A DNA stretch of 64,000 nucleotides, taken from contig CAVUWV010000027.1 of NCBI GenBank assembly GCA_963745075.1, positions 160,001 to 224,000 of the forward strand, given 5' to 3'. The stretch's first letter is position 1, and each line of letters begins with the position of its first letter. Shown here in pieces: positions 10,637 through 20,940 of this stretch. Under the pieces are notes generated by a model. It was not told where the DNA came from. It saw nothing but the letters and a program-made list of their open reading frames with translations, and ran no database searches. The position numbers were made by a program, and so were the translations under genes. Origin of the DNA: Candidatus Hydrogenedentota bacterium (GTDB taxonomy: Bacteria; Hydrogenedentota; Hydrogenedentia; Hydrogenedentales; SLHB01).

Positions 10637-12027
10637 CACCGCCGCACCTCGAACACCCAGTCCCCGTGCCACTCGCCGGATTCGTCCTTTTCTGCTTTCA
10701 CGCCTCCGTCGTCCTCTAAATCGGTGTAGACGCTGTAGATCGTATAACCGACCTTGTGACGTTGATACCGCATCGACTCACCGTCGAAGGGATCCAACGT
10801 GGGCGCCGAAAGGTACCGCGGAACAAGTTGGTCGAGGTGTGCGGGCGGGATTCCTTCGACGGACCGGTACCTCTCGATTGCCAATGCCGTGTGTGCCATT
10901 CGCAAGACGGCCGCATCACGCGCGAATGCCCCAACGCCTTTCACAAGCGCTGGAAGCATTGTTCTCGCCATGGGTTTTATGCGTGGAAGGTCCTTTGTTG
11001 ACTCATATATTTGTTCCGAGAGTTTCATTCGTTCAGGCCAGGAAAGGTCTGACGCGTTGGCCAACGGCGTCAGACTATGCAAGACGGCGAGCCGTTCGCC
11101 GGTCGCAATACGTTCCCGTCCTCCCTCGAGAGCGATCCAAACGCTTGCCTTCAACGAGGGCTTGGGAACTTCAGGCCAATCCTCCTCGACATCGCCAAGC
11201 CACATGCGGTAAATCGCGTCCGCCGCGATGCAGCGTTCGCCCACATATGTGCGTACCATCGCCTCCGTGTCTTCGGCGTTACCATATAGATCTGCAAGTC
11301 TTGACAACGTATGGTCGGGCAATTCGGATCGTCTCAGAGCGTCTTCCAAAGCGTCTGCCGCTATACCATGAACTGCAATTCGTACGAGTTGCGAAATGAT
11401 ATAGGGTTCGTATCGCAACGAACGGGTCATAGCGAACGTACATCGCTGGCTATCGGCAAATTCGTCAAACCGGCCATCGCGTACGGCAAGCGCGCCTCGA
11501 AGGGCTTCCAGGCGCGCGCAATTCCGTAATGGGGCCAGGTGCGGTAACTCCATTGAGATACCGCGCGTAAGATCGACCGAATATCGCGATTCCGGGTACT
11601 GCGAGGCACGCTCCAGCAGTCTCAGTACCTCGTCACACGACGACAAATGGGATTCCACTCTTTCCAGAATCGTATCCGGCACGACCTTCGAGGTGCTGTT
11701 CAGTTGTTCGAGCAACTCGGCTGTGGTCGCACCCTCGGGATCGATTGCCTCGAATTGCTCGAATGCCTTTTCGTAGATCAGCGCGGCATTCCGATCATCG
11801 GGCACCGCCGGGTAGTACGCGTCGAGTTCTTCCAGCGTGACCGGCTGGCCCGCGTCGCGGATGCGTTGCTCCACTTTGGTCAGCGCATTCTCAGTCTGGT
11901 TCATGCAGCCCAACAGTGTCAGGCCAGCCAGCAGGGTTCCCGCAAGCGCCAAGCGCCATGCGAGGGGTACGAGGGATCTGCGTCGCCGTGATCTCGTGCA
12001 ACCAGAGACCGCATGGTGAATTCGCAT
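10636..12027 (-). CDS. Membrane-anchored (possible lipoprotein, LLGC) hypothetical protein, paralog 1
   Basis: Clear homology to the 9227..10636 protein at both termini; GGGGGCGGGG upstream of the ATG. Confidence 0.8.
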   Translation of the reverse strand: MRIHHAVSGCTRSRRRRSLVPLAWRLALAGTLLAGLTLLGCMNQTENALTKVEQRIRDAGQPVTLEELDAYYPAVPDDRNAALIYEKAFEQFEAIDPEGATTAELLEQLNSTSKVVPDTILERVESHLSSCDEVLRLLERASQYPESRYSVDLTRGISMELPHLAPLRNCARLEALRGALAVRDGRFDEFADSQRCTFAMTRSLRYEPYIISQLVRIAVHGIAADALEDALRRSELPDHTLSRLADLYGNAEDTEAMVRTYVGERCIAADAIYRMWLGDVEEDWPEVPKPSLKASVWIALEGGRERIATGERLAVLHSLTPLANASDLSWPERMKLSEQIYESTKDLPRIKPMARTMLPALVKGVGAFARDAAVLRMAHTALAIERYRSVEGIPPAHLDQLVPRYLSAPTLDPFDGESMRYQRHKVGYTIYSVYTDLEDDGGVKAEKDESGEWHGDWVFEVRR

Positions 12028-12151
12028 CCCCGCCCCCCTTCGGTGATTGCCAGCCGGCGTTCACATCGCCCATGGCGGTGAACCAAGTCCTACAGGCGTA
12101 CACTATCCGCTATCATAGCACGGGAACGTACGGATCGTGTGGCAAGAAGAA

Positions 12152-12235
12152 TGGCGGAGGGTGGGGGACTCGAACCCCCAAGCCCGAAGGCGCCGGTTTT
12201 CAAGACCGGTGGATTACCAATTATCCTAACCCTCC
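12152..12235 (-). tRNA. tRNA-Ser(TGA)
   Basis: GGAGGGT/ACCCTCC acceptor stem, anticodon arm CCGGT-CTTGAAA-ACCGG, variable arm, GGTTCGAGTCC T-loop, G discriminator and encoded CCA. Confidence 0.97.
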
Positions 12236-12765
12236 GAGGGACGCCGTTCCTGAAAAACGGCGTGAACCCGTATTGTACGAGACTGCCGGGCCCGTTTTCA
12301 CCTTGCGCGCGTGTGCCGGGAACGGCCTTCGGCTGAGCGTCCCTGGTGTCGCTGTTGTTCCTATCGTCTCGTTGCCGTCTGGCAATCCCGGCTCGGCGCG
12401 TCGTTTCACAGCCATTGTATGAGGGGGGGGTCGGGGAAATCCCCGACCACTTTTACCGGTCTCCGCCCGATTGTCCACGCGCCCCGACGCGCCTTACCCT
12501 ATTTGCGTGGTACTTAACGTTCTTGGGTTTCCACTGCTGTGGGGCGTCGCCGTGTTACCGTCCCCCTCGGCCTAGGTACTCCACCAACCGATGTAGCCCG
12601 GCGGCGTCCCCTAGTCTTTGCAGCTCATCTTCGCGCGACACGCCCATCTTCAGCATTCCCATCGGTCGCATACGTCCCATACTACCCCTTCCCACAACGC
12701 CGCCGTCTGCGCTACCATAGGAACCAGCGCAGCAAGGCGTTCCCAACGGTGACGAGGGTCTTTCC

Positions 12766-13644
12766 ATGGCTACGAATCCAAGCGAATCACAGCCCCTGCA
12801 ATCCATCGAAGAGTGGGAAGCGTTTGTCGAAGGACGGTATCCGCAACCGGAGCAAGCCTTCACGTCCCAAAAGAATCCCGCCGCTTTTCGGGACTACGAA
12901 AACACCGCCCGCCCGACTGTCCGCGAATTCTACCGTCTCAACCACCGCCACCAGTGTGTCGATTTCGTGCGCGCCAAGCGCGACCAATACCTTGGATTAA
13001 CCAAAGAGAAGATGGGGATCTGGGAAGCCATGGAGTTTCTCAACACCCTCGTCGACGACAGCGATCCCGATACCGATCTCAGCCAAATCGAGCACTTGCT
13101 CCAGACCGCCGAAGCCATCCGGCAGGACGGCCATCCCCGCTGGTTCATCGTGACCGGCCTGATCCACGACCTGGGCAAGATCCTCTGCCTGTGGGGCGAA
13201 CCCCAATGGGCCGTCGTGGGCGACACCTTTCCCGTGGGCTGCGCCTTCTCGGAAAAGATCGTCTTTCCCGAATTCTTTGCCGACAACCCCGACACCAAGA
13301 TCCCCGAGTATTCCACGCCCAACGGCATTTACGAGCCCGGCGCCAGCCTGGACACCATCCATATGTCCTGGGGGCACGACGAGTACATGTACCACGTCTG
13401 CAAAGACTACCTGCCCGAGTCGGCGCTCTACATGATCCGGTATCACTCGTTCTACCCGGCCCATCGTGAAGGCGCCTACACCCACCTCATGAACGACCAC
13501 GACAAAGAGATGTTCCAGTGGGTCCGCGCCTTCAACCCCTACGACCTCTATTCCAAGAGCCCTGTTCGCCCGGACGTGTCTGCGCTGCGTCCCTTCTACG
13601 ACGACCTCATCGGCGAGTTCTTCCCCACGAAGATTTCGTGGTGA
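12766..13644 (+). CDS. Inositol oxygenase (MIOX)-like HD-fold diiron protein
   Basis: [61 protein letters not shown]. Confidence 0.92.
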   Translation: MATNPSESQPLQSIEEWEAFVEGRYPQPEQAFTSQKNPAAFRDYENTARPTVREFYRLNHRHQCVDFVRAKRDQYLGLTKEKMGIWEAMEFLNTLVDDSDPDTDLSQIEHLLQTAEAIRQDGHPRWFIVTGLIHDLGKILCLWGEPQWAVVGDTFPVGCAFSEKIVFPEFFADNPDTKIPEYSTPNGIYEPGASLDTIHMSWGHDEYMYHVCKDYLPESALYMIRYHSFYPAHREGAYTHLMNDHDKEMFQWVRAFNPYDLYSKSPVRPDVSALRPFYDDLIGEFFPTKISW

Positions 13645-13703
13645 CCGTCCCGCCTATTGATGTTTTCCGGTGACTATGGGATCATCGGGCGATTCAAACA
13701 CCA

Positions 13704-13850
13704 TCGTATTCGTTCGCGTACTCGTACTTCGTACTCGACCCCGCGGTGTCGTATGCGGGAGCGGGGTAAACACGTTTGCTTTGATTCTACGCACTTGATC
13801 TGCACCCCGACTCCCGAGTACGAGTACGAGCACGAAGTACGAGTACGTGA
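13704..13850. repeat. MITE-like element with inverted (CGTACT)n/(AGTACG)n arms, copy 1
   Basis: 13714-13737 and 13827-13850 are inverted repeats (22/24). Confidence 0.75.
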
Positions 13851-13901
13851 AGTTCCCAACATCCACGGGGCAGTCTATGCTGCTCCAATCGCGAGGTTTC
13901 C

Positions 13902-15089
13902 ATGTGTGACACCGTTGCCATCGTGCGGAAGAAGGCGGTCTTCTTCGCCAAGAATTCGGATCGCGACCCCAACGAGGCGCAAGTGCTCGATTGGCAACCT
14001 GCGCAGGACCACGCCGCCGGATCGAAGGTGAAATGCACCTGGATCGAAATTCCGCAAGTCGAGCACACCCACGCCATCCTCATTAGCCGTCCCTTCTGGA
14101 TGTGGGGCGCAGAAATGGGCGCGAACGAGCACAACGTCGTAATCGGCAACGAAGCGGTGTTCACCAAACAGCCCTACGCCAAGACCGGCCTGACCGGTAT
14201 GGACCTGTTGCGCCTGGCCCTCGAACGGGCCGATTCGGCCGAACGCGCGTGCGAGGTTATCGTCGAATTGCTCGAGACCCACGGCCAAGGCGGCGGATGC
14301 GGATTTGAGAACCGCGATTTCACCTACCACAACAGCTTCATGATCGCCGATCCCAACGGCGCTTATGTTCTGGAAACGGCCGGCAAGTTCCACGAGAAAG
14401 AACGGGTCGAAGGCACCCGCGCAATCTCGAATTGCCTGACCATCGGCGGTTTCGCAGAGAAGCATGGCGAATACTGGAAGACGCGGATCTCGGCCTGCCG
14501 CACGCGCATGGGTCGGATGCACCACCTTTGCAGCAAGACGCTGGGCGCCCAGCACCTCTTCGCTGCACTAAGGGACCACGGCGCCCGTTACTCCAACCCG
14601 TCGTACCGGTGGACCAACGGCAGCATGAGTGCGGCCTGCATGCACGGCGGCGGCATTCTGGCCTCCGCACAGACCACTGGTTCCTGGGTCACCGAAATGA
14701 CACAGGACGGTATCCGTCACTGGGTTACGGCCACCGCCGCGCCCTGCACCGGCATCTTCAAACCCGTTCACTTGGGAGAACCCCTCGACTTGGGTTCCCC
14801 CGTAGACAAGGCCGACGACTCCCTCTGGTGGCGGCACGAACGCTTCCACCGGTCCGTCCTACGCAATCCCGAACCCCTGCGCGATTGCTACGTCCCCGAG
14901 CGCAACGCCTTGGAAGCGAAGTGGGCGGACAGTCCGCCGACACCGGCCGAAGCATTCGCCAAGGGTGATGAACTCCTGACGAAGTGGTCCGATGCCGTCG
15001 CGAAACACGCCGTCGAAGACACCCGCCCCGGCTATGTCCGCCGCTACTGGGAAAAGCGCAACCACTTGGCGGGCTTGACGTTGGTCTGA
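13902..15089 (+). CDS. Peptidase C69/secernin family (Ntn hydrolase)
   Basis: MCDT start, FAKNSDRDPNEAQ, WMWGAEMGANEH, GMDLLRLALER, YHNSF. Confidence 0.92.
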   Translation: MCDTVAIVRKKAVFFAKNSDRDPNEAQVLDWQPAQDHAAGSKVKCTWIEIPQVEHTHAILISRPFWMWGAEMGANEHNVVIGNEAVFTKQPYAKTGLTGMDLLRLALERADSAERACEVIVELLETHGQGGGCGFENRDFTYHNSFMIADPNGAYVLETAGKFHEKERVEGTRAISNCLTIGGFAEKHGEYWKTRISACRTRMGRMHHLCSKTLGAQHLFAALRDHGARYSNPSYRWTNGSMSAACMHGGGILASAQTTGSWVTEMTQDGIRHWVTATAAPCTGIFKPVHLGEPLDLGSPVDKADDSLWWRHERFHRSVLRNPEPLRDCYVPERNALEAKWADSPPTPAEAFAKGDELLTKWSDAVAKHAVEDTRPGYVRRYWEKRNHLAGLTLV

Positions 15090-15154
15090 GCAAGCCCGCG
15101 ATTCCTTTCCCCGGGCGCGCGAATGTTCGGAGCGCGTCCAGTGTTAGCCTTCAC

Positions 15155-15970
15155 ATGGACCTGATATCCAGACACGCAACACCATTTCCAGCTATTTGGC
15201 GCGTTTTGGCCACGTCGCTCGTCTGCGCACTAATCTCTTCGGGCTCCGCGATGGCCGAACCGCTGGCTGTCGACTGGTCGCATCCTACGTGGGCTACACC
15301 GTCCCAGCCGTTCCAAGGTGAGGCCCGGCTGAAGGTCCCCGCGGATGCGAAGGTGTACCTTTACTACGCGAAACCCGACGGAACCGACGAGCGTATCCCC
15401 TGCAAGTTCGCGGCCGGCGATGGTGGCGCATTCCGATTCACCATTCCCGCACAGAACGACACCAGTGCGGACAAGCTCACATTCTGGTTGGAGGCCAATC
15501 CCCCGAATTCCGCCGTCCAGACCTCAGAACACCAAACCGTTCCCCTGTCCGATGAGGTGGAAATCGAAGTCTCCGGCCATACCGACCAGGAATTGACCTA
15601 CCCGATGAGCGATTGGGATGCGGCCATCCTCTTCCGGCCCTGTTGCCTGATCATTTCCGGCTGGATCCAGGCCGAACGCATTCCCGTCCGGCCCGCACCA
15701 ACGTCCGATGGGCTCCCCTCGACCCTGCTTACACCCTACTTTCGGGTGCATCCGGACCAGTTGGTCAAAGCCACCGGCGGCGTCAACGTGTGCGTGTCGT
15801 ACAAGGACCCGAATTCCGGCGTCGATCCCGGCACGATCCGGCCCTATCACTGGAAGGACGGCCGCTGGTCCCCTGTTTTTGATCCCGTCCTGGACACAAA
15901 GAACCAGAATGTCACATTCCCCTTCCCCACGGGCGGCATTTTCGTGATCGGCGGAAATTCGTCAAAATAG
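15155..15970 (+). CDS. Secreted hypothetical protein
   Basis: Signal-peptide-like segment ending SAMA|EP and a beta-rich mature region; start inferred. Confidence 0.6.
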   Translation: MDLISRHATPFPAIWRVLATSLVCALISSGSAMAEPLAVDWSHPTWATPSQPFQGEARLKVPADAKVYLYYAKPDGTDERIPCKFAAGDGGAFRFTIPAQNDTSADKLTFWLEANPPNSAVQTSEHQTVPLSDEVEIEVSGHTDQELTYPMSDWDAAILFRPCCLIISGWIQAERIPVRPAPTSDGLPSTLLTPYFRVHPDQLVKATGGVNVCVSYKDPNSGVDPGTIRPYHWKDGRWSPVFDPVLDTKNQNVTFPFPTGGIFVIGGNSSK

Positions 15971-16122
15971 CCGCCCTGGGCGGAAATCTCATAAGTGATT
16001 TTATTGAAATCATTTAGGCGTATGCCGGAAATTTTGTTGCGATATCACTGGCAAATTTCCGTCAAAGCTGGTACTATTAGGCGGGACATGTGTCAAGGAT
16101 AAACCTTCGAAAGGGGGCGCTT

Positions 16123-16677
16123 ATGGCCAGTAATTACGCACGGATGACTGAGAATCTGCCAGAAGCCGCCCCCGCCAAGGAACGACCGAGCGGTCCTGCT
16201 TCGTGTCACTCCGAGCCTGGACCAGCCGAACGCAGCCGGAAACTCGGTGAGTGGCTCACGATTGAGGGCCTCATCACGGAGCAACAGTTGGGCGACGCCT
16301 TGGCCTACCAGGCCGAACACGGCGGGAGACTCGGCGAAATCCTCGTCAAAATGGGGATAGTGGATGGCGAGGAGTACGTAGCGTTTCTCGCCCGTGCGGC
16401 CGGGGTCGGAAGCATTCGGCTGCCGAATTACGCGATTCGTTCGGAATACGTGAACCTGGTGCCTCGGGAGATGGCGGCGCGCCATGAACTGGTGCCAGTA
16501 GACCGTTTCGGCGACCAACTGGTACTCGCAATGGTTTGCCCGCTCAACTACAGCGCCGTCAGTGAAGTGGAATCGGTGACCGGACTGGAAGCCCGCACGG
16601 TATTGTGTTCGAGCGACGCGTTCCGGCTCGCGTATGAGCATTTTTACCCGCGCAACGGAAGCACCAAGAATACGTGA
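16123..16677 (+). CDS. Stand-alone MshEN/T2SSE N-terminal domain protein (putative c-di-GMP binder)
   Basis: RKLGEWLTIEGLITEQQLGDALAYQ...RLGEILVKMG tandem MshEN motifs, followed by LVLAMVCP; no ATPase domain. Confidence 0.8.
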   Translation: MASNYARMTENLPEAAPAKERPSGPASCHSEPGPAERSRKLGEWLTIEGLITEQQLGDALAYQAEHGGRLGEILVKMGIVDGEEYVAFLARAAGVGSIRLPNYAIRSEYVNLVPREMAARHELVPVDRFGDQLVLAMVCPLNYSAVSEVESVTGLEARTVLCSSDAFRLAYEHFYPRNGSTKNT

Positions 16678-17098
16678 CACGGCTGCCTATGCTGTCGGCT
16701 GGCCGTGACCGGCCGGTGGCTTAACCTCACATGGTGGCGCCAGTCTTTGGGAAGAGTCTGGCGCCAGCCCTTGTCTCCCGCACGAGCCTGTTGAAAATTC
16801 CCGCCGAATTGTGCGATAGTTACGGCCACACTGTTCGCTCGTAAGCTATTGTAATGCAAGTTTGCCCCCCGCTTTACCCCGCAGGTGTGTCGTATACATC
16901 TGCGCGCAGGGCTTACGATACGAGAGGGACGCGATATTTCGGCCGAACCGCGTGGTTTGGCCGCAAATTCTGGTAGCAGCTCAATCCTCCAAGATGACGT
17001 CCCCAGCGTCCGATCCGCGCGGGGGTCGTGTTGGGATTGCGGCTCGCGAGAGAAACGGGGGAGAACGGCCGCTCAGGGGGCCACGGAGAGATTAAACC

Positions 17099-18679
17099 AT
17101 GCCAAAGATACTCGTGCTGGACAACCTTAGTCCGGAAGGCGTCGACGTGTTTCGCGAGGCAGACTTCGAAGTTGACGTGAAACCACCGCAGAACCCCGAG
17201 GAACTCGCAGCGATCGTCGGCGACTACGACGGGCTCGTCGTCCGCAGTGCAACGAAAGTGACTGATGTCGCGCTGGAAAACGCGGGCACCTTGAAAGTTA
17301 TCGGCCGAGCCGGCGCAGGAACCGATAACATCGACAAGGCCGCCGCGACCAAACGGGGCATCGTGGTGATGAATGTGCCCGGTGGTAACACCATTTCCAC
17401 CTGCGAGCATACCTTCGCCCTCTTGTTTGCCCTGTGCCGAAACGTGCCGCAGGCCCACACCTCCATGATGGAAGGGCGTTGGGACCGCAAGCTGTTTGGG
17501 GGTACCGAAGTCAACGGCAAGACGCTGGGAATCGTGGGTGCGGGCCGCATCGGCGGGGCCGTGGCCAAGCGTGCACAGGCCTTCGGGATGAATGTGCTCG
17601 TCTACGATCCCATCCTGACCAAACTCAAGGCCGAAGCGCTGGGCGTCGAACTGGCAACTCTCGACGAAATCATCGAACGCGCCGACTTCATCACGATTCA
17701 TGCTCCCAAAACGGATAAGACCGCGAACATGATTCGTGCCGAGCACTTCAAACGCATGAAGCCGACCTGCCGCATCGTGAATTGCGCCCGCGGCGGGTTG
17801 GTGAACGAAGAAGATCTGGCCCAAGCGCTCAAGGACAAGGTGATCGCCGGAGCAGCCTTGGATGTGTATACCTCCGAGCCGCTCGCGAAGAATCCGTTCC
17901 TGGGGCTCGACAACGTCGTGACGACCCCCCACCTGGCAGCGTCGACCGACGAGGCACAATTGACCGTCGCCGTCGACGTGGCGAAGCAGATGGTCGAGTA
18001 CCTGACGACCGGTGCGATCGTGAACGCGGTGAACGTCCCGAGTCTCGATGCCGAAACGCGCAAACAGCTTCAGCCGCTGCTTCTGTTGGCGGAGCGGCTG
18101 GGCCGGTTCATGTCGCAGTATATGGAAGGACGCCCCAAAGGGCTGGAAATCACCTACGACGGCGAACTGCCCATTACGGATACCTATCCCATCACCGCCG
18201 CCATTCTCACGGGATTCCTGGAGCCGCTCGTGGAAACGGTGAACGTGGTGAGCGCGCCGCACCTCTTGAAAGAGTACGGCATTGATTTCAGCGAAAAACG
18301 CAGCGCGCAACCCCACGACTATGCGTTCCAGATTCGCGTTTCCGCCGCTACGGATTCGGAAACCCACGAAGTGGCCGGCACGCTGTTCAACAATCAGGAA
18401 CCCCGAATTTGCAGCATTGACGGCACCCGCGTCGACGTCGAACTCGTGACGAAGATGGTCGTGTGTCTCAATGAAGACAAGCCGATGGTATTGGGGCGCG
18501 TGGCGACAACCATCGGCGAAGCGGGCGTGAACATCGCCAACCTGGCCTTGGGCCGGGAGACCGAGGGAGGTCGCGCCACCGCGGTGATTAATATCGATGG
18601 GCCGATGGATGATGCCGTAATCGATCGCATTCGCGCGATCCCGCACGTCCTCAGCGCCCGTATGGTTGAAGTTTCGTGA
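17099..18679 (+). CDS. serA: D-3-phosphoglycerate dehydrogenase (long form with ASB/ACT domains)
   Basis: VRSATKV, GRAGAGTDNID, GAGRIG, NCARGG, TPHLAAST, and an ACT domain (GVNIA). Confidence 0.95.
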   Translation: MPKILVLDNLSPEGVDVFREADFEVDVKPPQNPEELAAIVGDYDGLVVRSATKVTDVALENAGTLKVIGRAGAGTDNIDKAAATKRGIVVMNVPGGNTISTCEHTFALLFALCRNVPQAHTSMMEGRWDRKLFGGTEVNGKTLGIVGAGRIGGAVAKRAQAFGMNVLVYDPILTKLKAEALGVELATLDEIIERADFITIHAPKTDKTANMIRAEHFKRMKPTCRIVNCARGGLVNEEDLAQALKDKVIAGAALDVYTSEPLAKNPFLGLDNVVTTPHLAASTDEAQLTVAVDVAKQMVEYLTTGAIVNAVNVPSLDAETRKQLQPLLLLAERLGRFMSQYMEGRPKGLEITYDGELPITDTYPITAAILTGFLEPLVETVNVVSAPHLLKEYGIDFSEKRSAQPHDYAFQIRVSAATDSETHEVAGTLFNNQEPRICSIDGTRVDVELVTKMVVCLNEDKPMVLGRVATTIGEAGVNIANLALGRETEGGRATAVINIDGPMDDAVIDRIRAIPHVLSARMVEVS

Positions 18680-18733
18680 ATACTTCCGTAGTAGAACCAA
18701 TGGGGAAAGAAACCAGTCGCGCAGAGGGGAATC

Positions 18734-19969
18734 ATGGCAGAGTACAAATTCATCAAAGTGCCGGAAGGCGAACGCATTACGAAAAAGGATGGGGGCAAAC
18801 TCGATACGCCGGATAAGCCTATCGTTGCCTTTATCGAAGGCGACGGCACCGGGCCGGACATCTGGCACGCGTCGAAATTGGTGTTCGACGCCGCCGTGAA
18901 GCATTGCTACGGCGGGAAGCGCGAAATCGCCTGGATGGAAATTTACGCCGGCGAGAAGGCGAACCAGCATTGCGGCAGCTACCTCCCCGACGAAACCCTC
19001 GACGCGATCGAGGAGTACCACGTCGCCATCAAGGGACCGCTCACGACTCCCGTGGGCGGCGGATTTCGCAGCCTAAATGTGACCTTGAGGCAGAAGTTGG
19101 ACCTCTTTGCGTGCGTCCGTCCGGTCCGCTACTTCGAAGGTGTCCCCAGCCCCGTGCGCGAACCCAGCAAGGTCGACATGGTCATCTTCCGCGAGAACAC
19201 GGAAGACGTGTATGCAGGTTTCGAAGTTCAGGAAGGTACGAGCGAGGCCGCGAGACTCCTTGAATTCCTGAAAAAGGAGTTTGGATGGAGTATCCGGCCC
19301 GATTCCGGGCTCGGAGTCAAGCCGATCAGCGTCACGGGGTCCAAGCGCCTGGTTCGCGCTGCCATCAACTTTGCCGTTCAACACCAGCGCAAGTCGGTGA
19401 CGCTCGTTCACAAGGGCAACATCATGAAATTCACCGAGGGCGCCTTCCGCCAGTGGGGGTATGACCTCGTCAAAGAAGAATTCTCGGATGTCGCCGTCGG
19501 ATGGGACGATTGCAACGGCCAACCGGGCGATAAGATCCTGGTAAAAGACACGATTGCAGACATCTTCCTGCAGCAGATCCTCACGCGGCCCGACGAATTT
19601 GACGTGGTCGCCACCATGAACCTCAACGGGGACTTCATGAGCGACGCGTTGGCGGCCCAGGTCGGCGGAATCGGCATCGCTCCCGGCGCCAACATCAACT
19701 ACGAGACCGGAACCGCCATTTTCGAGGCGACTCATGGCACCGCCCCGAAGTACGCCAACCAGGATAAAGTCAATCCCAGCAGCGTGATCCTCTCGGGTAT
19801 CATGATGTTCGAGCACATGGGATGGACCGAGGTTGCGGACGCGGTCATCGGCTCCATGATTAAGACCTTCCGCGAAAAACGCGTAACTTATGACTTGGCC
19901 CGTCTCATGGATGGCGCCCAACTCCTTAAATGCAGCGAGTTTGGAAAAGCGCTGGTAGAGAATCTGTAA
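18734..19969 (+). CDS. icd: Isocitrate dehydrogenase (NADP+), E. coli type
   Basis: [48 protein letters not shown]. Confidence 0.97.
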   Translation: MAEYKFIKVPEGERITKKDGGKLDTPDKPIVAFIEGDGTGPDIWHASKLVFDAAVKHCYGGKREIAWMEIYAGEKANQHCGSYLPDETLDAIEEYHVAIKGPLTTPVGGGFRSLNVTLRQKLDLFACVRPVRYFEGVPSPVREPSKVDMVIFRENTEDVYAGFEVQEGTSEAARLLEFLKKEFGWSIRPDSGLGVKPISVTGSKRLVRAAINFAVQHQRKSVTLVHKGNIMKFTEGAFRQWGYDLVKEEFSDVAVGWDDCNGQPGDKILVKDTIADIFLQQILTRPDEFDVVATMNLNGDFMSDALAAQVGGIGIAPGANINYETGTAIFEATHGTAPKYANQDKVNPSSVILSGIMMFEHMGWTEVADAVIGSMIKTFREKRVTYDLARLMDGAQLLKCSEFGKALVENL

Positions 19970-19979
19970 ATCGTCGTTA

Positions 19980-20011
19980 CCCACCGCGGCCGGACTCCCG
20001 GCCGCGGTGGG
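19980..20011. terminator. Strong hairpin after icd (putative terminator)
   Basis: CCCACCGCGGCCGG...CCGGCCGCGGTGGG 14-bp stem; the U-tract is weak. Confidence 0.5.
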
Positions 20012-20196
20012 AACCTTCCTGGCAAAGCGCACGCCAATCTGCGTGGTCGACATCTGATTGCGTTATCTCTTTACACAAATCCTGCTTGTTCGCAAAAATC
20101 TCACCCGGTATCACATATAGCGGGTTTTATTGATTGACGAAAACTATAAAAAATGGTACACTGCTTCCGGTTGCCAATTAACGGGGAGAGTGGATC

Positions 20197-20940
20197 ATGC
20201 CGACAACGATGGGTGCGGATGTGGAAGTTGATCCGGATTTTGCGCAAGAACGCTACACGCGAATATTCCGATATGCCCAAATCGGCCGGTGCGTAAGCAG
20301 CGTAACGCACGACTTGAACAACTATCTCGGGGCAATCATGGCCTATGCCGAGTTGGTCGGCATGGACAGCAACCTGACGGAAGAGTCGAACCGCATGCTC
20401 GGCGAAATCGTCGGCGCAGTTCGAAAATCGAGTACCCTCGTCAATAACCTCACCGATGTTGCCCGGAAAGAACGGGCCGACATCCGCATCATCGATCCGG
20501 CAAATCTCATGGAGCGGGTCCTCGATCTGAGGCGTTACGACATGAAAGTCGGCCACGTCACGTTGGCAACGGAATACGCGCCGGACCTTGCGAGTCTCAC
20601 CGTCGACTTGCCCAAAATGCAGCAGGCCCTGATGTACCTGGTTTCCAACGCAATCGAGGCTGTCGAATCGGAAAGGGTCAAACGGCTGGACGTTCGCGTT
20701 CATATGGACGACCGGTACGTCGTAATCTGTTTCCGAGATTCCGCACCGCAGATCCCGAACGATCTTCGGGACCAGGTCTTCGATCCCTATTTTACAACCA
20801 AGGGCGTCGATCACGCCGGTTTGGGGTTGACGACGGCGCGAAGCACCGTGGAAGCTCACAACGGGGAGCTGAACTACAATCCCGATGACGGGTTCGTGAT
20901 TCGGCTTCCGCTCGAAAACCATTACTCCAAAGCCGGTTAG
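20197..20940 (+). CDS. Small sensor-less histidine kinase-like protein (HisKA + HATPase)
   Basis: H-box VTHDLNNYL, N-box SNAIEA, F-box FDPYFTTK, G2 GLGL. Confidence 0.8.
   Translation: MPTTMGADVEVDPDFAQERYTRIFRYAQIGRCVSSVTHDLNNYLGAIMAYAELVGMDSNLTEESNRMLGEIVGAVRKSSTLVNNLTDVARKERADIRIIDPANLMERVLDLRRYDMKVGHVTLATEYAPDLASLTVDLPKMQQALMYLVSNAIEAVESERVKRLDVRVHMDDRYVVICFRDSAPQIPNDLRDQVFDPYFTTKGVDHAGLGLTTARSTVEAHNGELNYNPDDGFVIRLPLENHYSKAG

Noticed and set aside
6900..12235. Integrative island at tRNA-Ser
   Set aside because: No integrase, and no convincing duplicated tRNA 3' end (only a 9-bp TGGCGGAGG match near 7624).
16095..16125. c-di-GMP-I riboswitch upstream of the MshEN gene (AAACCTTCGAAAGGGGGCGC)
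   Set aside because: Lacks the GCAAA junction and the second stem; better explained as the RBS.
17040..17098. Glycine riboswitch upstream of serA
   Set aside because: GAGAG and CTCAGG words are present, but the CCGAAG core and stem architecture are missing.
16913..19021. Long antisense or alternative-frame ORFs (e.g. 16913..19021-, 35952..37520-, 41042..42279+, 28617..29954-)
   Set aside because: Shadow ORFs of well-supported genes, as expected at high GC.
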